A stretch of DNA of 64,000 nt from Azolla caroliniana (Eukaryota > Plantae > Polypodiophyta), in assembly GCA_043228905.1 (NCBI GenBank), contig JBHGNT010000010.1:2294001-2358000 (forward strand). The letters run 5' to 3'. A program made the translations under genes and the position numbers. The notes beneath the pieces were generated by a model that did not search any database, was not told the origin of the DNA, and was given only the letters and a program-made list of their open reading frames with translations. Shown piece after piece: positions 53,201 through 64,000 of the stretch. Within the stretch, counting starts at the first letter, position 1. Each line of letters begins with the position of its first letter.

Positions 53201-55564
53201 CAAGGGGTTTTCCACCCTAGCACAACCTCTTATCGCCCTTACCCGTAGCCTCTGACTTCGCCATTGGCGCCATCTTATCCCAGGTAGACGACACCAACCT
53301 AATGCACCCAGTGGCTTACTACTCCCGGAAATCAATTATCCCATATACGACAAGGAGCTTGCTGCTATCATTGTTGCCTTTGAAGAATGGCAATCCTACT
53401 TGGTCGGCGCACAACATCGTGTCCAGTGACTGATCATAAAAATTTAGTTTATTTTTCCACCACTCATACTTTGAATCGAAGGCAGGCCCGTTGGTCAACA
53501 TTTCTCGCCGATTATGATTTTGAGATCATATTTCGACTTGGTGGCCAACATGAGAAGGCCGATGCCCTTTCTCGTCGAGCGGACCTTGCACTCCGCCTTG
53601 GGGATGCTGCTGAAACCCAACCAATTGCATCTTTTTGCCACTTGTATGTTGTAGGATGATTCATTACTCCAACAGATCACCAATGCATCCACAACTAATG
53701 AGTTTGCCAATGAGATTCGAGATAGTCCACTAAATCCCTCCAAAGCGACCAAAAGGAAGGATCTTGACACCTTCACCATACAAGAGGGTTTGCTATTCTG
53801 ATATCATCTCTTATACGTCCTAGAGGGCCCATGTCGCACCCGAGTGTTGTGGGAATGCCACGATGACCCACTTGCAGGTCATTTTGGGGTCGCAAAACCC
53901 TCGAGCTAATCTCTCGGGGGTATTGGTGGCCACAACCATGGAAGTTGGTCAAAGAATACATCAAGAGTTGTGAGGTTTGTGCTCGCTCCAAATCCGCTCA
54001 TCATTAGCCATACGGCTTACTCCAGTCGCTTCCATGCCCCCGTCATCCCTGGGCCTCTATCTCTATAGACCTGATAACTGATCTTCCCTTGGTCAATAGC
54101 TATGACTCGGTGTTAGTCGTCGTTGATTGGTTTACGAAGATGGCTCACTTCACTCCATGCTCCAAAACCATTTTTGGAGAAGGAATGGTGCATCTACTAC
54201 TCAACAATGTGGTACGCTTGCATGAACTCCCTGATGATGTCATCTCCGATCGCGGACCCCAGTTTGCCTCTCACTTTTGGCAGCTCCTGCTACAAACTTT
54301 AGGCATCTCTGTCAAGTGTAGACAGAGTGCATCAACCAAATCCTTGAGTTGTATCTTCGGTGCTTGGTTAGTTACCAACAAGATGATTGGGTCAACTTAC
54401 TTTCACTCGCGGAATTCACCTACAATAATTCTTTCCATACATCAACTGGCGTCACTCCCTTCTTTGCAAACTATGGTTTACATCCTCGCTTCAACATTTC
54501 CCTTCCTACCACTTCTATGAACCCTTCGGTGGAGGATCGCGCACGCATTTTAGAAGAGCTACATCATGATTTATCCTTGGAGCTTAGCCTCGCTAGTGAA
54601 CGATACAAGAAGCAAGCTAATCACCATCGATCTGCCACACTTTGTCGTTGGAGACATGGTCTGGTTGTTACGCCGACACATCTCTACTACTCGTACATGT
54701 GCGAAACTTGATTACAAGAAGTTGGGACCATTCCGTATCATTGAGTGCATCAATCCCGTCACCTTCCGCTCGCCCTTCCATCCCACTTCTGGATTCACGA
54801 TGTTTTTCATGTCTCCCTCGAACCCCATAATGCTTCGCAACTCCCATGATGTTAGGCCCACCAGCACCACCTGTGCAGTTGACGACAGGGGAGGAATACA
54901 AGGTCGACCAAATCCTTGACTCGCGTTGGCACCGTCGACACTTGCAATACCTTATCTTGTGGAGGGGTTACCCCATGTCTGATGCCACGTTGGAACCATT
55001 GGAAAATTTACAAAATGCCCCGGAGGTGGTCAAAGATTTTCATCACCGATATCCCCACAAACCGGTAGCCGATTTGGGAAGGCGACGTAGGAGGGGGGAT
55101 AATGTCAAGATTCGAACTCTTGACATGACCATGTTATAATCAAGTATTATGGGTTAACCAACATATCTAGTATACAATTATGTATATAATTGGTCCTTGT
55201 TGTTTTGGCTAGCATCATATGCATAGTTGTTCCCTTGTAGTATTTACACTTGGCACATGCATGTATACCTACATGCTCTATTGTACATTCACATGTGTGC
55301 AACAAGTATGCATGCCGTGTATTATGAATAGTTGAGTTCACCTTGAAGGAATTCAAGGTGAACAACACCAGTTACAGAGTCTTTCAGTTAATACTATTCA
55401 TCCATTTGGTTATCTTCTTTCTTGTCTCTTGAGCTTATGATCTATCCGTGACACCGTCTCACATCGCAATGCATGTGAGCTAAGTCGCAGGGAAGCCATG
55501 GTTCGAATGGAAGCCAACATAATGGGCTCTAACATGTATCGATGTGTACGGTTTCCCCGTTCCG

Positions 55565-55623
<59 letters not shown>

Positions 55624-58190
55624 AAATGCATATGTATTTATCATTACTAGTGTAAAAACGGTATTGGAGAGATATCAAAGATACTCAAAGTCATTTCAAG
55701 CTGGACGTCCAATCACAACCACTGCATCACAAGATCTAGAGGTACTTGCCTTTAGCATGCACTCCAAACAACCTATTTTGCATTATCATTTTCTTTTGTG
55801 AATGTTTTCATGAAAAAAACTGTAATAATTTAAAAAAATTATGAGAATTTCTTAGTAAAGATTGATTAGAAAACCAAGTTGTAGACCTTTGATTTAAAAT
55901 CAATTCCCAGAAAATTAAAACATAAAGTATAATCTCTTGATAATTTCACATGTTAATATCTTTGTTTTCCAATATAGGAAGACAAGTGCATACCGCCATT
56001 AGTCCTTGCATATGTCTTATTCTTCTTAGAGTCATTATAAAAAACAAAGTATAAATACATCCTCAACTTTATAATAGTATCTAGTAGAATAACCATTAAA
56101 TGGGGACACTTGGGACACTTTCTTGTTCTAGTGTCATGTTATGATAACTATTGGCTAGTATTGCACGTTCATTCATCGGTAGAATGATAGAATTAGCAAG
56201 ATTTTGATTTGTCATGTTATTTACATTTTGCATGCTATATATTTCCTAGTATTGGAGACACCAAGCTACACAATGTAAGGAGAAGTTGGCATACATGGAA
56301 GATAAATACAGGTAATCTTATCAATTCAACTAATATTTTATATTTTCTGTTTAACAATCATAAATATGTTTTAATTTTGTAACCAATTATCATTTATAAC
56401 TATATATCAAGAAAGGTTTCTTTCCCTTCTAATTATTCAGCAAAAAACTATAATCTATCTTATCGGATCTATCTTGTGGAACTAGCAAGATTATCAATCA
56501 TGATAGTATGGTGGTCACGTTTAGGTAGCCCTGGACCTATGAGACCTGGACCAAATTTCATCCTCTTCTCATTTTTTTTGGGTGCGTATCTTGCCATCTC
56601 CTCTCACAGATCAGTGGAGTTCCCTGAGGGATTCCATCATGAAACACTCCCAAAATTACAATGAGTACATGGTGGAGCTCGCAAGAGGGGTGCCCCTAAA
56701 CCACGTATCACTCTTCTCATTATATCACAATAAATCTAGCCTATGACCACCATCCTTCCATTATCATCAGAACATATGACTTAAGTTACGAAGGCGGGAT
56801 CTCTTCATGTTGTGGTGTCTCCCTCGTTTCTCTTGCATGGTCACATTTATACAGGCTCTCCTAGTGCTTGTCTTCCCATGATTGATGTGATGGCGAGGAG
56901 ATCCCTTTACGACACATACCTGGGTTTTTATGCATTGCACAATGAAAGATGGGACCATTCTATGGATTTCCCATGTTTGATTCACCTTTGTCACATCACC
57001 TGAAGCCTCAAGATTGCATGCATTGATTATCATATATCCTTATCCTTTGCATACTTGTCTCTCCTTAAAACATTACACTCTCTGCTTTTGGAGAGCAAGG
57101 AATTGTACTGATCAGAAGGGCCCTCGGTTTTTAGTTTGTTTCCACATGTTGCACCCAAGAGGGGTCCTCCTATAGATTTTAGGATGTCCCCATATGCAGT
57201 AGTGTATATGGAATAATGTGGAACATGACAAATTTGGATGGCTTATTAGTTTTAATGTTTAGTCAAGTAAAATTTGACCAATATTGATTATTTCCAGAAT
57301 TAGTATCATGAGAAAAGTATTAAATGATATTTATTCATAAATAGAGAGAGATGCTATACAAATGATTTATGTGTATGCACATAAATCATTTGTATGTAGT
57401 CTTCTTAAAATTTGCTAGTTCTTGTGGATGACATGAGTTTTTATCGTGGGTTATGTGAAATATATTGTACGAATATCAATCTAGAGTGGCATACAATAAC
57501 AATTTTGCAGAAATCTCCTTGGAGAAAATCTTTTGGGATTTAATATCAAAGACCTTCAGTACCTTGAAGGGCAACTTCAAGTTGCTATAAGTAGAGTGAG
57601 AGAGCGAAAGGTATGTTAGCATGTATGTTTTAATACAAATGTTAAATATAAGACTATGTTGGATGCCTAAACAATCATCACGTTTGGTTAATATTTGTTC
57701 TAGATGCAAATTTTGACGCAACATCTAGAAGAATCTTGTGTCAAGGTATACTTATCTTATCACTTTGTCAGTAAATATTAATGCACAATAATTTCCATAT
57801 AACCTAGGAGAAAATGAAAGTTTGATATTGTTTTTCAATGGTTAGGAACGCCGACTTTCAGAAGAAAATGAGATGTTGAAAGCAAAGGTCTGGATTAATT
57901 ACAACCAATACTCAAAAACAAAAACACTTTGTTAATTATGGATCATTTGACCAAGTTAAGTTTTACTTCTTAAATTCATGTTTATTGCAAAAACACTTGA
58001 TCATTAGTATGCATTTTTGTAGATCCTTGAAATGTATGGGACTAATACACTTCTACAAAATCCTCAAGATATCCAAGATAGCACCAGTATGAAAGCATCC
58101 TCTACGCAAATTTGCCATAGTCATCAAGAACAAGACTTGGCAATATCGGCGGAAACCACGCTCCAACTTGGATGCCGACCCAATATGTGA
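38242..58190 (+). CDS. MIKC-type MADS-box transcription factor with a long acidic N-terminal extension, 499 aa. Exons 38242-39236, 55651-55741, 56250-56311, 57511-57610, 57704-57745, 57846-57887, 58023-58190
   Basis: MADS domain [41 protein letters not shown] exon [10 protein letters not shown]-box exons of the canonical 62/100/42/42 bp (RNLLGENL...LEGQL...RVRERK). C-terminal ETTLQLG. The spliced CDS is 1500 nt and open. The start codon is inferred. Confidence 0.9.
44030..45830 (+). mobile_element. Degenerate Ty1/copia-like remnant in MADS intron 1
   Basis: Zinc knuckle [15 protein letters not shown] followed by a WELD..FHV protease-like segment; many disablements. Confidence 0.5.
45870..46270 (-). 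mobile_element. Degenerate hAT-type MITE (family 2)
   Basis: AAACC-rich, ends ...ATTGCTA like the copy ending at 25079. Confidence 0.5.
46330..46825 (+). mobile_element. LTR-like segment; related inverted copy at about 51230-51690
   Basis: TTGTATGGTGCTAAACCTCTTTGT at about 46723 is the reverse complement of the sequence at about 51299-51322. TATA box GCTATAAAAG at 46562. Confidence 0.55.
46830..49200 (-). mobile_element. RTE-like LINE, 5'-truncated, RT degenerate
   Basis: [24 protein letters not shown], eroded YADD, YTYLGV; GA-rich flanks. Confidence 0.88.
50173..50760. mobile_element. Non-autonomous hAT-type element (family 1)
   Basis: TIRs CATAGATTGA/TCAATATATG, TSD GTGCGGAC/GTGCGAAC. 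Confidence 0.85.
52442..52769 (-). mobile_element. RTE-like LINE 3' end (same family as 10234-11260); continues at 55454-55565
   Basis: Reverse complement of about 10940-11260 with a (GATA)n tail. Confidence 0.85.
52770..55453 (+). mobile_element. 5'-deleted chromovirus (Ty3/gypsy, Tcn1-like): RT-RH-INT-chromodomain, PPT and 3' LTR 55103-55453
   Basis: [10 protein letters not shown]...MPFGLTNAP and [13 protein letters not shown], chromodomain [11 protein letters not shown]...[27 protein letters not shown]...TGACA LTR. Confidence 0.92.
55454..55565 (-). mobile_element. Remaining part of the split RTE-like LINE
   Basis: [13 protein letters not shown]...[11 protein letters not shown] matches about 10826-10935. 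Confidence 0.85.
55567..55622. repeat. (GA)n microsatellite next to the MADS exon 2 acceptor
   Basis: Seen directly in the sequence. Confidence 0.95.
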
Positions 58191-58849
58191 AATATATTTA
58201 CTTAGATAGATGAATTGATATTGATTTTTCAGGTGAATATTTTACACATTATCTAAATTTGATATTGTAATTTCTACCATACGTTTGTGAGTCTTCCATC
58301 AAGAGAGCAAAAACAATATAATATCAGAAAACCATTAACAAGTAACAATAGTAACTCACAATGAGTGCTTATTGCAAGCACTCGAAACTTTCATTCATAT
58401 TCTGTACATTTTAGTGGAATGAGTTAAACTGTTGTATTTGTTGATAACCTAATTTAGACTACCTAAGTTTGCAACATAGTGTCAATAAACACTATATTGA
58501 GTTTCAATAATACATTATAATGTTTTTTTTAATTGTTTTAGATCATTTGGTAAAAGTTGCATATATCAAGGATATCTTGATTAAATGGAGGGGTTGAATG
58601 GGCCCTATGGAACTTGATTATTGAACATAGGATGGTGACTAGGGAGCAAAATATTATTATTTTGTATTATACTTTGTGAGCAATGTTGTCCAATCTTGCA
58701 CCTAGTGGTGATATTGTGGGTTTGCATCTTCTTTTTGGTGGACAATTAGTGGCACAACCTTGATTGATGATCCTTTTATTTAGCTACAAGCCTCAAAAGA
58801 AAAATTTGAAAGGAGAATGCAATTTTGGGATCAATATGCTTTGGCGTTA

Positions 58850-60440
58850 GGGTTTCATATAAATTATAAGAAGTCTTGCCTTATTTCTTGTATGAAGAGT
58901 GATTTGGAATGTTTGGGATGTCAAGAGTCAATGGTTACATGAGGATCAATTTATCGACATTTGGTAATATCCATTAGTTGTTGATTTTGCAATTTGCAAA
59001 TGTTCAACTCAGTGATTGCATTGGTTGCAAATTGAATGACAAATTTACATATTGTAAGTCTCAATTATGGCCATTTCATGTACAATTCGAAATGGTGCAA
59101 TGTATCATGATACCTATGCTATTATATTTTTTACCATTGCTCCCTTGGACTAAGAAGGCATTACAAACATTGTTGAACCTCTTCAATTCATGTTATGGCA
59201 GAAGAGAGAAAACATGGGAGTTACAATATTAAATTTGGGAATGCGTTTGATGGCCAATAGATTTACATTATTACAATATCTATGTTAACAAGATTAATCA
59301 TGGATATTTATGATGCAATATTTTATCGAGCATGAAAAATTGGTGCATGGGAAAACTAAGATTCAAGCATCGTGGTGACCATTGCCTAATAGATGTATTT
59401 CTCTAAAGATTCAACAATTTATATTTGCACAATAATTGGTAAGGTCAAGGCAATATGCGTTATCGTTTTTTGAGTGGGCACCATCAAGTAATTGAGAACT
59501 TTGTAATTCATTTGTAATGAATTGCTTGTTTCTTTTCAATTATTGCATTGCCATGTAAAAGAGAAGTTGAGATTTCAATTGAATTGTTTATTTTGATTGG
59601 GGGTTGTAGGCTTGAGGAGTGTGGAGTGTGGTTGATAATGAATCTCAATTGTTATAAAAAATTGAAGGTACTAAACGATGGTTATGTATTCCCCCAATCA
59701 CCGAATGACGCGGATTGCGTAGAGGGAGCAGATTCAGCATTCATGAGTCAAATGATTTGATAAAAGGTTCATGACTGGAGAGCGGACCCATCAAAAATTT
59801 CTTGAGATGTTGGTCCTTCCATAATTTGAAGTAGTCCAATCCAATATATACCATTGTCGTACGGGTATTTGCCAATGAAAACAAATTGTGTGCCTTGGGT
59901 AGATTGGCAGTTAAAGGATGGTACACTAGTTACATGATGTATGTAACTTAAATGTAAGGTGATGGCAAATATTGCAATGTGGTTGGCATTCCCATTTGCT
60001 ATTTCATGCAAAGGTATGGGTCATGATTGATAGGCTCCCATTAGGTTCAACCTTAAGAGACGAGGACTAGGGTTAGGTATGTGCTTCTTTTGCACCTTTC
60101 CATCGGAGGACAATACACATAGGTTCATAAAATGTCCTGTAGCGCATATCATTTGGAAGTATTTACTGAAGATTTGGCAAGTTTTAATCTCTTGTTGTTT
60201 GAGGCCTCAACAATAGGTTTTTGCTCAATATGTTCAAAATGGTTCAAATGATGAGCTAGAGATATTGTTCAATTTTAATGATATTTGGGACTACAACACA
60301 ATTGGAATATGCATAATACTCATGTTGAATGGTAGACATGGGGTGAAAGCCTATGTGAAGAAGTTCAAATGCATTCTCATGTGGAACTTTCGGATGTTAG
60401 AGCATGTGGGGATCATTTACTCAACATTTGTAATTGAAAT
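58850..60440 (+). mobile_element. Degenerate L1-type LINE 3' remnant
   Basis: Eroded zf-RVT-like segment at about 60080-60170 (...HRFIKCPVAHIIWKYL). Confidence 0.5.
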
Positions 60441-60445
60441 TCTTG

Positions 60446-61165
60446 AACATTTAGAGCTACTACTCGATTTCATACATTCTATGCTAGAAAAGTTTCACCC
60501 TTTGGTCCTACATGTAGGAGTTGGCAACAACTCATCTAAAGCAGGAACCGAGCCATTAAACCATTTTTAAATTGTTTGGCGGCTCGGTTCATGCTTGAGC
60601 TTCCTTAACATTTAGAGCTACTACTCTATTTCATACATTTTATGCTAGAAAAGTTTCACCTTTGGTCCTACGTGTAGGAGTCAACGACAGCTCATCTAAA
60701 GCGAGAACCGAGCCATTAAACCAATTTTAAATTGTTTGGCAGCTCGGTTCATGTTTGAGCTTCCTTAACTAGATTGAGCTCGGTTTTATTTGGTTTGAGC
60801 CAAACCGGTTTAGCCTTATATAGTTTGGCCCAAACCGATTAAGCCAAGTTGACTAGTTTAACTAGTTTAGGGATCATATTTGTTTTGGTTGTTATAAATA
60901 AAGAGGCCATGGAGGATCATGATTGAATCAAATGGATGAGACACATTGCACTTACATATTCTTCTTCCATCACTATTCGCTCTAGAATTATGATCCAACA
61001 TATGTATCCATCCATTTATCCATCTATATGTTGTATCGTTTAATTTTTTAGCTTGTATAGATAAAGATGCCATGGAGGGTCAGAATTGAATCGAATGGGG
61101 TGTCCAAATGGATGAGACACATTGCACTTACATCTTCTTCTTCCATCATTATTCGCTCTAGAATA
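60446..61165. repeat. Two adjacent local tandem duplications (about 161 bp at 60446/60607 and about 163 bp at 60906/61069)
   Basis: AACATTTAGAGCTACTACTC and GCCATGGAGG...TTCGCTCTAGAAT are each repeated. Confidence 0.85.
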
Positions 61166-61650
61166 AAACAAAAAATAATTTTCTCACCAACACTTTGATC
61201 TTAGACAAAAATGTCAAATATGGCATCAATATTCAAGAAATCTAGTTGGTCACAAGTTACAAAATAATAAGATAAAATAATTTCTTAAACTTCAATAATA
61301 TGTACTACCATATGGATGAGGAATATAGCTGCCCAAACTTGCATGATCATACTAGCACTAACCAACATAGTAGTGAACCGTGGTAGCAATAGTTGTGATT
61401 ATTGTAGTAGTAATGCTAATCAATATAATCACATGAAGAGAAGAAGAGTAACTAAAGTAGGATGAGATGAGCAAGTTCATATTCAGGGAAGTTATGTAGA
61501 AGAAATTGTATTTATCTGAATCGATCACATCCTCATCTTTGTGTTAGCAATATGTGCAACCAAATAATTGAAGACAATATATCTAGCTCATTCCATGAGA
61601 GTATGGCATCAACTATAATGACATGAAGAGAAGAAGACTAGTATGTAAAG

Positions 61651-64000
61651 TTTTTTTTTTTTTTTTTCCAAAAAAAACACTACTTCCCATTAGTTAGCAA
61701 AAGAATTACATCGAAGAACAGCCATAATCAAAACAGCATAATCCTCACCTAACTATTTACAACAAGAGTAACCCACTGCCTCTTTTTACATAGTGACCAC
61801 CATTGTGACCACATATTCACAATGAAGCCAATGGCGGAAACAACCATCTTGGTGCTTGGTAATTCCATTTAGGACCAGACGTTGAATTAACCATCATAGG
61901 AGAGCGACCCCATTTCAGCAAAAACTTTGAGCGAGCCCTGTCTGCTGCATCCGAGTTCCCTTCAATTGAGTTGTACTGTCCGCGCAGCCAAGATACCAGC
62001 TCGAACCAAATGTTTAGCAACACCTCACCGCTTGGGAGTTTTCGTTGCTGAAAAACAAACATAGATCGTCTGGTCCAAATGTGCCAGACCGAGAAGCATG
62101 CCACCAACATCCATATCTCCTCAAAAAAACCAGAGTTTGTACCAGGTTCTACTCCAACACTTTTGAATACACTGCCACCCTGCAATATAAAACCATGACC
62201 ATGTGGATTTAATTGTTCCGCCCAACCTTCCTTAGTTAGTTTCAAACCCTGTAAGGACCCCCACACAACTCTCCCATTCACCCCGCATGCTGCCACTATC
62301 CTGAGACTTCGACCCCAAATGCTGATTACCTCTGCACAATTCCAAAACAAGTGAGGTATCGATTCCAAAGAGTGACCACATAACATGCAACCAGCCTCCC
62401 CACCACGAGACCTCATCCACTCCCCTACCGGTAACGCCTTATGACTAAGAAGCCAAAACCACACCTTGATTTTTTCTGGCATATCAGATGCCCATAGTCT
62501 CCGCCAAAACGACTTCAACAAGTCATCTGATATGCCTTTATCCCTCCAACTATTGCGAGTTTGAGCAGCATCCACTGATTTGGAGCCAATGATTTGCCTT
62601 CCGAGCTTAGTACTATAATCAAAAAACCCCACCAGTTTGTTCGTTCCCGGTTTTTGCCACCATACCTCTAGTGGATCCCACTCCAAATCATGTAGAGGCT
62701 TGTTGTCCACTAGCCATAGTTTACAATCATTATCTAGCTTCCCTGGGTCTGGGTTTAATTGCCACTTCTTACCTTCCAACACTACCACCCGCACTGCCAA
62801 CCACTGACCATTGTCGGACAAAGCACTTAGGTTTCCCCACAAACGATATTCATTAGATGGACACTTGCCATGGATAATTTGTCCATCACTCTCACCTACA
62901 AACCACCCAGACCAGACCCCCTCTTCCTTATCCAACCTATCTAGACCATCAACAGCCTTATTTATCAGTTGGGTCACCTTCTCAAGCCTACAAGAAATGC
63001 TACCAAACTGACCCTCCCTCCTCTTCATTTTGAAAACATCCCACTCTCTTACTGAACTAACATTGTACCCTAACATGCGGCCCCATGGCAAATATTTTTT
63101 CTGTCCAAGCATCATGCCGTCCTCGTTTCTAATCCTAGGGTTCCAAAATAACGGTTGTCGGAGTTGTTCCTCCAATGTTTTCGGTTGCATTAAGACCAAC
63201 CCATCTCTTACACTTGACCAAGCCATCATTATGGCACGGGCCACCCTGTCCTCCATGCTATTTGGTTGTTTCAGCTTTAAATCTGGACTGAACAACCACC
63301 ACATCTTTGCCTTCCAAGGGCTGCCATTCCTTGGACACCAAAGGTCAGCTCTATCCCTAAGAAGCAACTTCCACAGTTCAGGACCAGGTTGTAAACTTCG
63401 CACAAGTAGCTTACCTAGTAAAGCTTTACTTTGGTGAACTGGATCCACCAACCCAAGTCCACCTTGGTTTTTCGCCTTGATCAAACAACTCCACGCCACT
63501 TTAGCTGATGCCCTCTCATGGTCTCTACCCGACCATAGGAACCCTCTCACCATTGCCTTAATATTTTTTATGCAAGTTTTGTCTAACACCCAACATGCCA
63601 TCGAGTGCCACATGGTGGCTAACAAAATGTGGTTTACCACGACCACCCTACCTGCAAGAGAGAGCTTTACTGATGCCCACACCCGAAGCTTTTTTCTGAT
63701 TTTGTCTTTCACTTGCTCAAGTTGCTGATTTTTGGGTGTCTCAACACCCACCAAAAAACCCAAATATTTAACAGCCATTCCATTGGGGACCCATTGAAAA
63801 TCAGCATTAGGGCACCAAAGAGGCCATGGGTTTGAACTTACCCAAAATCCCTTGCTTTTGTTCCAATTGATTTTCCCTCTTGATGCTCTACAAAACAACT
63901 CAATTCGAATTTCAGCAAGCTGTAAATTATCATCATTGCCTTGTAGATAGAGCATAGTGTCATCTGTGTATGATGAGTCCAACAACTCCTTGCCCGCTTG
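61651..64000 (-). mobile_element. L1-type LINE, ORF2 C-terminal part (61817-63985) with poly(A) tail
   Basis: YTDD RT motif, KYLG, LSLAGR, GGLGL, zf-RVT CMLC...ESIPHLFWNC. T-run at 61651-61667. Confidence 0.92.

Overview
Repeat-rich plant nuclear DNA. The TE and MADS types suggest a non-seed plant such as a fern or lycophyte, which is an inference. The window holds: (1) a decayed Ty3/gypsy element (1-10233) with a tRNA-Trp PBS, a candidate -1 frameshift signal between gag-PR and pol, a nested solo LTR carrying tRNA-like modules, and non-matching composite LTRs; (2) an 8-exon vacuolar H+-pyrophosphatase (AVP1-like) pseudogene (14633-20928); (3) an intact 4-exon plastid TPR gene (28036-30278); (4) an apparently intact 7-exon MIKC MADS-box gene (38242-58190, about 499 aa). 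The MADS gene has a 272-aa acidic N-terminal extension, five exonic G-boxes, an upstream cluster of MEF2-type CArG boxes and a 16.4-kb TE-filled first intron. The rest is hAT-type MITEs, RTE- and L1-type LINEs, a chromovirus fragment and local tandem duplications. All calls were read by eye, and no database searches were run.
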